From Promethearchaeota archaeon (GTDB lineage: Archaea > Asgardarchaeota > Lokiarchaeia > Sigyniarchaeales > SOKP01): a stretch of 64,000 nucleotides of DNA. The notes under the pieces were generated by a model. The model was not told the DNA's origin, did not search any database, and worked only from the letters and a program-made list of their open reading frames with translations. The DNA is taken from NCBI GenBank assembly GCA_048940645.1, contig JBHLOI010000014.1, positions 1 through 64,000 on the forward strand, written 5' to 3'. Below, in pieces: positions 19,936 to 29,779 of this stretch (the first letter of the stretch is position 1; each line of letters starts with the position of its first letter). Made by a program: the position numbers and the translations under genes.

Positions 19936-21819
19936 ATGAAAGTTTTAATTATAAATAATTGCTTTAAAAGAAGTTTTAAATATCTTCCACGATTGCTAAA
20001 AAAGTTTCTTAACTTTTACACAAATCTCAAATTAAAGCAGATTATAAATTTTCTAATAAAAAAACATCCTAATGATATTCAAATTAAAGTTTTAAATGTT
20101 GATTATGAGAAATTAAATCTTAATAAAAACATAGAGTTTATTTCTCTTTCAAATTTTAGATTAAATTTAGATCGAGATAAATATGTCAACCTTAGAGATA
20201 AAATTATAAATGCTACTAAACAGAATTTAAGCAAATTCTTTAATAATATACAAACTTTAAAAAATCTTAGTTACAAAGGAATTTCTATTGCTAATGCGTT
20301 AGAATTTGAGTTAATCACATTATTTAATGAATATTTTGGGCAGTATGAGTTATTAAAAAGAAAAATTAAAACCAATCTTTTTGATACAATTATACTATTC
20401 AATTTTGAGTCTGATTCACTCTCTCTATTTCACTCTTTAAATTTTAACCATAACATTAAGGTATATAGTGATAATTTCTTAATCAGGATTCAAAGTATTT
20501 TGAAAATTATCAATATTACAACGTACCTTATCATTACATTTGGCTTATTTTTAAAAAGAGGCTTATTTAAGAGAATTACTCTTGATTATCCCTCAAATAA
20601 CTTAAAAAAGAAGCCTATTTTATTTTTTACAGATACTAAAAATCAGTTTTACAGCATTAAACCTGTATATGATGGTTTAATGAAATATAAAAACGAAGAT
20701 TTCATACCTCGTCAATATTCCTGTGAAAAATACCTCCATTTCAATACAATTCCAAAACTATTGAAATTTTTGTTAAAGATAAGAAAAATTATTATTAAAA
20801 ACAAGGAAAGCATTCTAAATGGTTTAAAATTCGAATCCTTTAATTTATATGGTATTTTGAAACTTTACTATGATTATGATCTTTTCTTTCGACTAATAAA
20901 TATATTCAATATGTTAAATAATCTTACAAATTTTATAGGGAACAACCCCCCTATTTTGGTTGTTATTTCTAATGATAGTTCAATTAGAGGGAGATTAGAA
21001 ATAGGATATTTTAAATTAAAAAATATTCCTGTTGTATATATACCTCATTCAGGAATCCTAATAATGGAAGAATTAGCTACTATGTCACAAGTAAGCTATA
21101 TTACGGTGCCTGGAGGAGCTGAAAAAAAACATCTCATTCATAAAGGTGAACCGAGTGATAAGATTGTAGTAACAGGTAGACCTCGTTATGAGCAGTTTCA
21201 TAAAGGAAAAATTGAGAAGTTAATAGAAGTTAAAGATATGTTTAATGCTAGAAAATATAACTTTAATTCAAAAAAGTTTACAGTATTATTAACAACTAAT
21301 CCAATAGATGAAAAGTCAAATGAAAAAATTATCTCTTCTGTAGTCAATTCATTAAAAGAATTAAATTTAATTGATAATTTAATCATAAAATTGCATCCCC
21401 GGGAAGATGGAAAAATCCATAAGAAGATTTTAAGAAAATTAGAAGTAAATCCATTAATAGTAAAGGATTATGACATTCTACAACTTATCAAATCAAGTAA
21501 TTTATTGTTATCAAGAGTTTCTAATACAGTAGTTGAATCAATGATAATAGGAACCCCCGTCATTTTGTTAGATTTTATAAACATAAATTTTATTTTTACA
21601 AGTAGATATGTATTTACAGAAGAAAAAGTTCTAATTAGAGTTAAAAATCAAAAAGAATTAAGAGAAACTTTACAGAAATTAATTGAAAATAAAGATTTTT
21701 ACAATAAATATTCAAAAGATCTTAATAACCTTTCGAAGGGATACTCATTTTATGATGAAAAACAAAACCCAACTGAAAAAATAATAAATTTATTTTTAAA
21801 GGAAATTAGAGATGATTAG
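19936..21819 (+). CDS. GT-B glycosyltransferase-like protein, candidate nonulosonic-acid transferase
   Basis: YIPHSG, VTGRPRYE, IIKLHPRE, SNTVVESMIIGTPVI; next to the NulO pathway. Confidence 0.6.
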   Translation: MKVLIINNCFKRSFKYLPRLLKKFLNFYTNLKLKQIINFLIKKHPNDIQIKVLNVDYEKLNLNKNIEFISLSNFRLNLDRDKYVNLRDKIINATKQNLSKFFNNIQTLKNLSYKGISIANALEFELITLFNEYFGQYELLKRKIKTNLFDTIILFNFESDSLSLFHSLNFNHNIKVYSDNFLIRIQSILKIINITTYLIITFGLFLKRGLFKRITLDYPSNNLKKKPILFFTDTKNQFYSIKPVYDGLMKYKNEDFIPRQYSCEKYLHFNTIPKLLKFLLKIRKIIIKNKESILNGLKFESFNLYGILKLYYDYDLFFRLINIFNMLNNLTNFIGNNPPILVVISNDSSIRGRLEIGYFKLKNIPVVYIPHSGILIMEELATMSQVSYITVPGGAEKKHLIHKGEPSDKIVVTGRPRYEQFHKGKIEKLIEVKDMFNARKYNFNSKKFTVLLTTNPIDEKSNEKIISSVVNSLKELNLIDNLIIKLHPREDGKIHKKILRKLEVNPLIVKDYDILQLIKSSNLLLSRVSNTVVESMIIGTPVILLDFININFIFTSRYVFTEEKVLIRVKNQKELRETLQKLIENKDFYNKYSKDLNNLSKGYSFYDEKQNPTEKIINLFLKEIRDD

Positions 21820-21964
21820 AAAATTGTTGTAAAACTATATGTGGTTATTATTCTTACTCAAATTTTATAATTTCCCCTATCTGTTTTCAATCCCTTTCGA
21901 AAAGTTAATTAGCTTATAGATATTTGGATTCTCTCTTGTTAAGAAACAAGAAATATTTTTAAAG

Positions 21965-22870
21965 GTGAAAATATTGATAATATTAATGAGAATTATCAAA
22001 AACTTTGGTTTTTATTTGAAATACTTTGTAAAGAGATTAATAACAAAAGCTATTCACATTTTTAGGATATTTACAGCACCAATAAGAACCCAACCTGACT
22101 TTATTATCATCGGAGCATGTAAAGCAGGAACGACATCTCTCTACAAATATTTAACAAAACATCCATCTATATTTCCTGCATTCGATAAGGAGCCTCAATT
22201 TTTTGATAATAATTATAAAAAGGGTAAGTTATGGTATAAATCTTTTTTTCCGTCTATAATATTAAAATATTTTATTAATAAGTTTACTAGCCATAGTTTT
22301 ATAACTGGTGAGGCATCACCCTATTATATTTTATATCCTCATGCTCCCAAAAGGATTGTTTCTATGCTTCCACATATAAAAATAATAGCATTATTAAGAA
22401 ATCCAGTTAATAGATCATTTTCTCATTATCATCACGCAGTTAAAGTAGGAGTGGAATGGTTAACATTTGATGAAGCTATAAAAAAGGAAGATATTAGAAT
22501 AAAAGGAGAGTTCGAAAAGATTTGTAAAGATGAGCAATATATGAGTCATAAATTTCCTGCTTATGCGTATTTAAATAGAAGCCTCTATTTGGATCAGATA
22601 ACGAATTGGCTAAGATATTTACCTAAAAAACAAATATTAATAATAAAAAGCGAAGATTTATTTAATTTTCCCCAGAAAATAGTAAATCAAATTTTTAAAT
22701 TTTTAAATTTGCCTAAATGGGAAATGATAGAATTTAAGCAATATCACTCTGAAACTAGAGATCAAAAGATGAATACCGATACTAGAAAGTTGTTAGTTGA
22801 CTATTTTAAACCATACAATCAACAATTATATGAATATCTAGGTAGAGATTTTAATTGGGAAAAAGAATAA
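21965..22870 (+). CDS. PAPS-dependent sulfotransferase (HS3ST/NDST-like family)
   Basis: 5'-PSB PDFIIIGACKAGTTSLY, KEPQFFD, GEASPYY, 3'-PB LRNPVNRSFSHY. Likely start is TTG 21974. Confidence 0.92.
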   Translation: MKILIILMRIIKNFGFYLKYFVKRLITKAIHIFRIFTAPIRTQPDFIIIGACKAGTTSLYKYLTKHPSIFPAFDKEPQFFDNNYKKGKLWYKSFFPSIILKYFINKFTSHSFITGEASPYYILYPHAPKRIVSMLPHIKIIALLRNPVNRSFSHYHHAVKVGVEWLTFDEAIKKEDIRIKGEFEKICKDEQYMSHKFPAYAYLNRSLYLDQITNWLRYLPKKQILIIKSEDLFNFPQKIVNQIFKFLNLPKWEMIEFKQYHSETRDQKMNTDTRKLLVDYFKPYNQQLYEYLGRDFNWEKE

Positions 22871-22884
22871 AATAAATTAAGCAA

Positions 22885-23427
22885 GTGATAAAAAATATGA
22901 GGTCTAACTTCCTTAAAACAATAAAAACAATCCTATTTAAATATTTTATACCCTCCTGGGAAACTAAAATAAACCTAAAGATAATTGCAGGTTATAAGGG
23001 TAAGCCAATTATTAGGCCCCGTTCTAATACACGACTTAATAGTAAAACATATTTAGGTGAAAATTGCCATATTAATGGAATGGTAATCCGAGGTGATGGA
23101 AAAGTAGTAATCGGAGATAATTTACACACCGGCGAAGAGATCTTAATAATTACAAGATATCATAATTTTGATAAGGGGAAAATGATACCCTATGATTCAA
23201 CTTTCATTTATGAGGACGTAATAATTGAAGATAACGTTTGGATAGGTTCTCGTGTAATAATACTTTCTGGGGTAACTATAGGAGAAGGCGCAATAATTCA
23301 AGCAGGTAGTGTAGTCACTTCAGACATCCCTAAATGCGGTATTGCGGGGGGGCATCCTGCTAAAGTTTTTAAGTATAGAGATATAGAACACTATGAAAAG
23401 CTTAAAAAACAGAAAAAGTTTTTTTAA
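22885..23427 (+). CDS. Hexapeptide-repeat O-acetyltransferase
   Basis: VIIEDNVWIGSRVIILSGVTIGEGAIIQAGSVVTSD...GGHPAK. Confidence 0.9.
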   Translation: MIKNMRSNFLKTIKTILFKYFIPSWETKINLKIIAGYKGKPIIRPRSNTRLNSKTYLGENCHINGMVIRGDGKVVIGDNLHTGEEILIITRYHNFDKGKMIPYDSTFIYEDVIIEDNVWIGSRVIILSGVTIGEGAIIQAGSVVTSDIPKCGIAGGHPAKVFKYRDIEHYEKLKKQKKFF

Positions 23428-23432
23428 ATAAT

Positions 23433-24623
23433 ATGGATTTAATTGGTCAGATTCTAAATTTTATTTTTTCAAAATGGTTTATCATATTTTTATTTATATT
23501 CATCATTTTATATCATATAATTCTTTTTTTCATTAGAGATAAACAATATATTAATGCTTTTAGAAAAAACATTAATCCTAAGGTTAATTCAATCGAAGAT
23601 TTAATCGACACTCCTTTAGTTAATGTTATAATCCCCGCTTGGAAAGAAGGAGAAATTTTTAAATTATGTATGCAAAAACTTGCAGAACTTAACTATCCCA
23701 AGTTAAAAATAATCATCAATGCGGGTGGAAATGAGGAAACTATGAAAATAGCTAATTCTTTCAATAAGTTTGAAAATTTTCTTATTATTGAACAAAAAGC
23801 TGGAGGTGGTAAAATCAAGGCTATAAACGATGCATTAAAATTAGTTGAAAGAGGAATTGTCTGTATTCTCGATGCTGATGTATCCTTAGGCTTTTCTACC
23901 CTGTTAACAATGTTATATAAAATTATAAATGAGAAAATAGATGTTGTTGTCGCAGAACTTAAACCAATAAAATCTATCTTAGGCAGTGATTTAATTATTT
24001 ATCTATTTATCAACAGAAATCCTAGATTTAGATCAAAATTTACTAATTATGGTCGCATTGAATTAACTCAATGTGCTTGCTTAAATTATAACGTGATTCT
24101 AAATATTGGTGAATTTACCGAGAAAAGATTATATGGAGATGGAAAAGCAATGGCTAATGATATTATAAATAAGAACTATAAAATCTATCAGTTATCTGAA
24201 CCCATTGCTGAAAGTTACAACTATCCTAATAAAATCTCAAAATTTATACGCCAAAATATTAGATGGGTAGAAAATGGATTTTTCTTCAATTTAAAGAAGA
24301 ATAAAATAAAAGTAATAGTAAAATTTCTGATTTTAATATTCTTTTCTCTGTATATAATTGCTTTTCCCTTTCTTATTTTTATTAATATATATCTAGTTTT
24401 AATTGGAGCTTCAATATTGATATATTTCTATTTAAAAAAAATTCGAGAAGTTATATTCTTCAAAAAAACAACGGATAAAGAATATTTTGGAAAATTAGGT
24501 GTGTTTTTTTACTTCAAAATCCTTCTCTATATTTACATAGAAGCACTTATGAACATTTATATCTTTTTCGAGTTGCTTATTTTTCAAGATAAGAAATTAA
24601 AGAAAAGAAAAAACATAGATTAA
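23433..24623 (+). CDS. Membrane GT2 glycosyltransferase with D,D,D,QxxRW signature
   Basis: N-terminal TM, VIIPAWKE, GKIKAIN, DAD, YGD, QNIRW, C-terminal TMs. Confidence 0.85.
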   Translation: MDLIGQILNFIFSKWFIIFLFIFIILYHIILFFIRDKQYINAFRKNINPKVNSIEDLIDTPLVNVIIPAWKEGEIFKLCMQKLAELNYPKLKIIINAGGNEETMKIANSFNKFENFLIIEQKAGGGKIKAINDALKLVERGIVCILDADVSLGFSTLLTMLYKIINEKIDVVVAELKPIKSILGSDLIIYLFINRNPRFRSKFTNYGRIELTQCACLNYNVILNIGEFTEKRLYGDGKAMANDIINKNYKIYQLSEPIAESYNYPNKISKFIRQNIRWVENGFFFNLKKNKIKVIVKFLILIFFSLYIIAFPFLIFINIYLVLIGASILIYFYLKKIREVIFFKKTTDKEYFGKLGVFFYFKILLYIYIEALMNIYIFFELLIFQDKKLKKRKNID

Positions 24624-24684
24624 ATCTACTATTTAAATAGAGAAAAAAAATTTTAACTTTCTTCTGGAAAATACTCGTTGATAA

Positions 24685-25461
24685 TTAGCTTTTAGTTTTT
24701 ATTCCAATTCTACCTTTATCATCTATACGATTTAATAATATTTTTATATTATTTTCTTTAAAGTATTTATCTATTGCTTCCTTTTGACCCTTCCAATAAC
24801 CATAATCATCAATTATAATAATTCCATTTAATGACAACTTTGGATAAAGATGGGTTATCTCGTGATATGTTGATTCAAATAAGTCTGTATCTAAACGTAA
24901 AAGTGAAATTTTTTCAGGAATAGTATTAGGTATGGTATGTTCAACTTTTCCCTTAATAAATCGAATATTTTCTGTTGGAAAATTAGTTGAATACAAATTT
25001 TTCTTAACCTCTTCTAAAGAAATTTCAAGCCATTTTCTAGCATCTCCTTTTTGAGTCTTTTTCCATATACTAATCGCGTCTTTATTATCGAATGCTCTTA
25101 AGTCTTTTTCAGTGGGCATGCTCATACCTTCATATGTATCATACAGATATAAGATTTTTTCTGCTTCATTCATTTTTAATAGAGTGAGAGCACTAATCAT
25201 CATACTCCCGCCCTTCCATACTCCACATTCAACAATATCACCTGGAATTTTATTATTTACAACATATTCTGTTGCTTTATACATTGCATACATTCTTTCC
25301 ACGGAAGTCATTGTAAATTGCTCAGTTTTTTCATAAATTTCTTTAAAATTAACATCCATATCGTAAGCAATTTTTTTTTTAAAGTGACTATTATAAAGAT
25401 TCGTTTTAATTACAGTATACCCGAACTTATTTAGCACTTTCTTAATAAGTTTGTTTATCAT
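24685..25461 (-). CDS. TylF/MycF-family sugar O-methyltransferase
   Basis: GDIVECGVWKGG, YDTYEG, LRLDTD, IIIDDYG. Confidence 0.92.
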   Translation of the reverse strand: MINKLIKKVLNKFGYTVIKTNLYNSHFKKKIAYDMDVNFKEIYEKTEQFTMTSVERMYAMYKATEYVVNNKIPGDIVECGVWKGGSMMISALTLLKMNEAEKILYLYDTYEGMSMPTEKDLRAFDNKDAISIWKKTQKGDARKWLEISLEEVKKNLYSTNFPTENIRFIKGKVEHTIPNTIPEKISLLRLDTDLFESTYHEITHLYPKLSLNGIIIIDDYGYWKGQKEAIDKYFKENNIKILLNRIDDKGRIGIKTKS

Positions 25462-25522
25462 AGGTTTCCTATCCCTTCATAATTTCTATATTCTATTTAT
25501 GTATAATTATTTTAATTAAATA

Positions 25523-26830
25523 TTAATTTTTGATGATGTTTAATGATTTTGCCCTCATATGTTTAGGAATTTCTTTTTTATATATCTTAAGGATTGTTGG
25601 TGCGATATTTTGATGAGAAATAATCCTTCTTTTCCCTGGTATAATATCTTTTCCGTAAGCCATAAAGAAACCGTGATTTTGATGACTAAAAGCCTCAGTT
25701 CTTCTCTTTAAGAATAGAGATGACTCTTTCGTAAAGATATATGTATCCTTAAGCGCAATCAGAAAATCTGGGTATCCAGGTAAGTTATATTCATAAAAAT
25801 TCTCAATATATTTGTCTTTTTTTAGAGTTTCTTTAATTTCTTCTTTTTTAATTTTATCCTCTCCAAAGAGAAATAAAGCCCCCATATTTGAAGTCAATTT
25901 TTGAATAAATGTTTGAGGGTTTTCTGCATCAAAAAAATCTAAATATCGATCTTTTTTCTTTTCAAGTGCCCTCTTCTTAGGATTTGATAATTTATCATAT
26001 ATTTTTTTTGAAATTTGAACATTAATGAATGGTCTAATTAGATCATAAAATTTTAATAAAATATTATTTAATTTTTTTCCTTTATCATTATTTAGATATA
26101 GAAGCTTCTTTTTTTCAAGCCATCTAGGAAAATGTAATACTTTTTTATAAAATTTGAGACCATGATCACTAAAAATGAGGATATTATCAAAATTATTCTC
26201 TTCAAAAATTTCTCCAAGAAAATTATCAATCTTTTGATATCCTAAATTCATAAAATGTAATATTTTTTTTCTATTTCCAACAACACGATGAGAAACAGAA
26301 TCGGGTACTCTAATTACATATATCATCAAATCAAAATCTTCTTTCATTTTGCGCAAAAATAAGTTCTTCTTTATATCAAACGCTTTAAATATTTCTTTTA
26401 AGTTTTTTCCTTCAACAATCCAATTCTTTTTTAAGATAAATTCTAATTCCTTAGGATAGCAAGATATTGTTGGTGATAAGATGCCACTTATCATTTCCCC
26501 GTTTATCCTCCAAGCAGGATAAGTACCTGGAACATTTAAAGAGAAAATTTTTAAATCTTCCATCGAAAGTATTGATTTATCTTTCCATACTTGTGAATTA
26601 AATATGCCTTTTGTTGGATGTATAAATATATAATACCCTAAATTTTCAACACTTAGTCCTGAAAATAAACATGGCCAAGATGGTATGGTAGTATGTGGGA
26701 TTGTTGAATTAATCGGCGCAGAGAAGCCATTTTCAATAATTTTTTTAAAATTTGGTAATAAATCTTTCTCTAATAATGGTTTGATGCTTTCAAAACAACC
26801 ACCATCCATACCAATAATAATATTTCTTAT
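25523..26830 (-). CDS. Alkaline-phosphatase-superfamily (NPP/phosphodiesterase-like) protein, paralogue 1; ATA start proposed
   Basis: IIIGMDGG, TIPSW nucleophile Thr, NVPGTYP, PDSVSH, SDHG. The frame opens at ATA 26830 directly after an in-frame TAA, 5 nt after GGTGGT (ORF track starts at ATG 26809). Confidence 0.82.
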   Translation of the reverse strand: MRNIIIGMDGGCFESIKPLLEKDLLPNFKKIIENGFSAPINSTIPHTTIPSWPCLFSGLSVENLGYYIFIHPTKGIFNSQVWKDKSILSMEDLKIFSLNVPGTYPAWRINGEMISGILSPTISCYPKELEFILKKNWIVEGKNLKEIFKAFDIKKNLFLRKMKEDFDLMIYVIRVPDSVSHRVVGNRKKILHFMNLGYQKIDNFLGEIFEENNFDNILIFSDHGLKFYKKVLHFPRWLEKKKLLYLNNDKGKKLNNILLKFYDLIRPFINVQISKKIYDKLSNPKKRALEKKKDRYLDFFDAENPQTFIQKLTSNMGALFLFGEDKIKKEEIKETLKKDKYIENFYEYNLPGYPDFLIALKDTYIFTKESSLFLKRRTEAFSHQNHGFFMAYGKDIIPGKRRIISHQNIAPTILKIYKKEIPKHMRAKSLNIIKN

Positions 26831-26835
26831 TTACA

Positions 26836-26841
26836 ACCACC
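26836..26841 (-). promoter_or_regulatory. Shine-Dalgarno-like GGTGGT preceding an ATA codon
   Basis: Resembles the archaeal SD core GGTGA; same element and spacing as at 29728-29733. Confidence 0.6.
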
Positions 26842-27258
26842 AAAATCAAAAGTATTTACAAAAGTAAACGATTTTTCTCTTAAAAGCTTTATCCTCAACT
26901 ATATCATTTAATTCTATTAGATCTTTATTGATTAAGCTTTTAATCTGTTCCGCTTTCCACGATAATTTGATATGTTCCTTTCTAATTCAAATTTTTGTTA
27001 TCTAAAGTTATTTCAAAATTTCAAAATCTTAAATATTTTAATTTTTTACTTATAACTGAGTCTTATTTTATAAAAGAACAATTGATTGAAAGATTAGTTT
27101 ACCCTTCAATTTAATTTTTATCTGAAAATTATTTCTTATACTCAAATTCATTTCTTTTTGAAATTATTTTATATAGAAAAAAGAAACTTAAAAGTCGAAA
27201 AAATATTGAATAATAATATAAATTCATAAACTTTACATCAGATAATCAGTAATATAAT

Positions 27259-28359
27259 ATGCTGTCGCACATATACAGAAAATTTTTTTATAACTTTATT
27301 GAATTCAAATTAAAACCAATTTTCTTAAAACATTTTTTATTTCTAGTTTTTTTTTATAACAGATATTTATTTCCCTTAAAAGCGGATTTTAGCACAATCT
27401 TTAATTATTACATTTTAAAAAGAAGGTTAAAACCTAAATTAAAAATTCCAGATACTCTTATAGTTGTTCCCTCAGATTTATGTAATGCAAATTGTGTGTT
27501 TTGTGCTTACCGACATCTGAGCTATGAAAAACAATTTTTGTCTTTTGAGTTGTTTAAGAAGGCTATAGATGATTATAAGAAGTTAGGTGGTAAATCCTTG
27601 ATGTTATCCCCTACAATTGGAGAAGATTTAATAAATAAAGATTTTTTTGAGTTTATTAAATATGCTAAAAAGCAAGATTTCCATGTAGCTATATTCACAA
27701 ATGGTATTCTCTTGAACACTAATGAGAATTATAAAAAAATTATTGAATTTGGAATTGATGATATATTTATTAGTACAGGAGATATTCTCCCTAAATTTGA
27801 AGCAGAGGTTTTTGGGATTCCGATTAAATTAGCTTTAGAAAAATTAAAAGGAGTAATCCATTTATTAGAATATAAAAAAGAAACAAAATCAAATATAAAA
27901 ATAACAATCGGTTTCAGAGCGAAAAGACCATTTAGAGAAATATGGAATACTATGAAGTACACGAAGTTTAAATATTTTTTTGACAAAAAATATTTCCATA
28001 TTCTATTCAAAACCTGTTATGATAATTGGTGTGGAAATATTACAGAAAAGGATTTATTAGGAATTATGAAATTAAGACGGAGTCCTAAACTTAAAAAGTA
28101 TCCTTGTTCTGCTCTTTGGAGCATTAGCGTATTGCCAAATGGAGATATTAGATTATGTGGATGCAGAATTAAGAAGAACGAATATGATGATTTAGTAATT
28201 GGTAATTTGAAAAACAATGATTTATTCGAAATTCTTAATAATAAAAAAGGCGAGGATGTTCTGGTAAATTGGATGAATGGTAAGCTAGTTGACGTTTGTG
28301 TAGATTGTATACGCTACGGATTCCCAAAAATAATTAAAAATAAAAATTTCCAGCTGTAG
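27259..28359 (+). CDS. Radical SAM protein with SPASM/twitch domain
   Basis: CNANCVFC; C-terminal YPC...NGDIRLC...IGNL...CVDC. Confidence 0.9.
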   Translation: MLSHIYRKFFYNFIEFKLKPIFLKHFLFLVFFYNRYLFPLKADFSTIFNYYILKRRLKPKLKIPDTLIVVPSDLCNANCVFCAYRHLSYEKQFLSFELFKKAIDDYKKLGGKSLMLSPTIGEDLINKDFFEFIKYAKKQDFHVAIFTNGILLNTNENYKKIIEFGIDDIFISTGDILPKFEAEVFGIPIKLALEKLKGVIHLLEYKKETKSNIKITIGFRAKRPFREIWNTMKYTKFKYFFDKKYFHILFKTCYDNWCGNITEKDLLGIMKLRRSPKLKKYPCSALWSISVLPNGDIRLCGCRIKKNEYDDLVIGNLKNNDLFEILNNKKGEDVLVNWMNGKLVDVCVDCIRYGFPKIIKNKNFQL

Positions 28360-28414
28360 ATTAAAAAATCGCCTAAAAAATATTATAATTCAAAATATAT
28401 TTTTAATCCATAAT

Positions 28415-29722
28415 TTAATCAAAATTATTATAATTCTTTTTATAAATATTCAGAGGGTTACCTTTCATAAAATCCATTTTATCTATACCAAATAGCTTTA
28501 TAATAGTAGGAGCAATATCAATATAATTAACTCTTTTTAGCTGATTAGATCTTATATTTTTCCCATATGCTATGAAAAATCCAAATTGTGAATGGTTGAT
28601 GGAATTTCTCCTCCTGGTAACAAAAAGAGAAGATTGATGATTGAAAATATACTTTTCTTTTAAAATGATGAATAAATCTGGAAATCCTTCAATATCCATA
28701 GATTCAACCTCTTTTACCCTTCTATCCATTTTTAATGATTCAATAATCATTTTATTTTTATTTTTATCTATTCCTTTTAAAAACAAACCCCCAACATTAG
28801 ATAAAAAATTTACAACAGATGTATCATTAACCTTATCTTGAATTGAAATTGAATCATCGATTATGTTCTTTAATATTGTTGTTTTCAGGAAATGATATTT
28901 TCTATAGTCGATCTTTATAAAAGGACGAAAATTATCATATATTTTTGTGATTAGGGTAAAAAATTTCCTCCCTTTAGCTTTATTAATATATAGTATCTTG
29001 TTCTTTTCTAACCATCTTCTCAAATTGAACTCATGACCATAGAATTTTAATCCATGATCACTAAAGATGAATAAATTATCAAAACTGTTATTTGCTAAAA
29101 TTTCACCTAAAAAATCGTCGATTTTCTTATATCCAAGAGAAATATAACTGTTTACCATATCTGTACTAAGATGAGTATGATGAGATAATACATCTGGCAT
29201 TCTAATCACATAACTCATTAAATCGAAATCTTCCCTTAACTTTCTAAGAAATAACCTTTTTTTAATCTCAAATGCTCTAAAAATCTCTGAAACCGTTTCA
29301 CCATCAATTATCCAATCATCTCTAATAAATGAGTTTAATTCTGAAGGAAAGCAACTAAGTTTAGGTGACATCATTCCTGTAATCATCTCACCATTTATTT
29401 TCCAAGCAGGATATGTGCCAGGTACATTTAAAACAAATTGTCTAATTTTAGGTATTGAAAATATTGATTGATCTTGCCATTGTTTAGAACTAAAAAGTCC
29501 CTTTTTAGGGTGGTCAAAAAAATAATACCCTAATTGCTCTGGGGTTAATCCTGAGAATAAACATGGCCAGGAAGGGATGGTTACAGGAGGAATAGTGACT
29601 TTTAGTTTTGCAGATACACCATCTTTAATTAACTTTTTAAAATTTGGTAATGAATTTTTTTGTAATAAAGATTCAATACCTTCGAAACAGCCTCCGTCTA
29701 TTCCTAGAATTAAATTCTTTAT
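28415..29722 (-). CDS. Alkaline-phosphatase-superfamily (NPP-like) protein, paralogue 2; ATA start proposed
   Basis: The frame is open 112 codons upstream of the ORF-track ATG (29386), encoding IKNLILGIDGGCFE...TIPSWPCLFSG...NVPGTYPAW colinear with paralogue 1. There is no in-frame ATG/GTG/TTG in that stretch. Confidence 0.85.
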   Translation of the reverse strand: MKNLILGIDGGCFEGIESLLQKNSLPNFKKLIKDGVSAKLKVTIPPVTIPSWPCLFSGLTPEQLGYYFFDHPKKGLFSSKQWQDQSIFSIPKIRQFVLNVPGTYPAWKINGEMITGMMSPKLSCFPSELNSFIRDDWIIDGETVSEIFRAFEIKKRLFLRKLREDFDLMSYVIRMPDVLSHHTHLSTDMVNSYISLGYKKIDDFLGEILANNSFDNLFIFSDHGLKFYGHEFNLRRWLEKNKILYINKAKGRKFFTLITKIYDNFRPFIKIDYRKYHFLKTTILKNIIDDSISIQDKVNDTSVVNFLSNVGGLFLKGIDKNKNKMIIESLKMDRRVKEVESMDIEGFPDLFIILKEKYIFNHQSSLFVTRRRNSINHSQFGFFIAYGKNIRSNQLKRVNYIDIAPTIIKLFGIDKMDFMKGNPLNIYKKNYNNFD

Positions 29723-29727
29723 GAGAT

Positions 29728-29733
29728 ACCACC
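29728..29733 (-). promoter_or_regulatory. Shine-Dalgarno-like GGTGGT preceding an ATA codon
   Basis: GGGTGGT-ATCTC-ATA; spacing identical to the paralogue. Confidence 0.6.
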
Positions 29734-29779
29734 CAACTAAAATTAATCTTATTTTAGTGTTTAAAAGATTATCCTTTTC

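Noticed and set aside
27259-28359. Radical SAM as an anaerobic sulfatase-maturating enzyme
   Set aside because: It has too few SPASM cysteines, and the neighbouring sulfatase-fold proteins lack the Cys/Ser target motif
29387-29722. AP paralogue 2 as a 5'-truncated gene or pseudogene, as the ORF track implies
   Set aside because: The frame is intact with all catalytic motifs; only a canonical start codon is lacking
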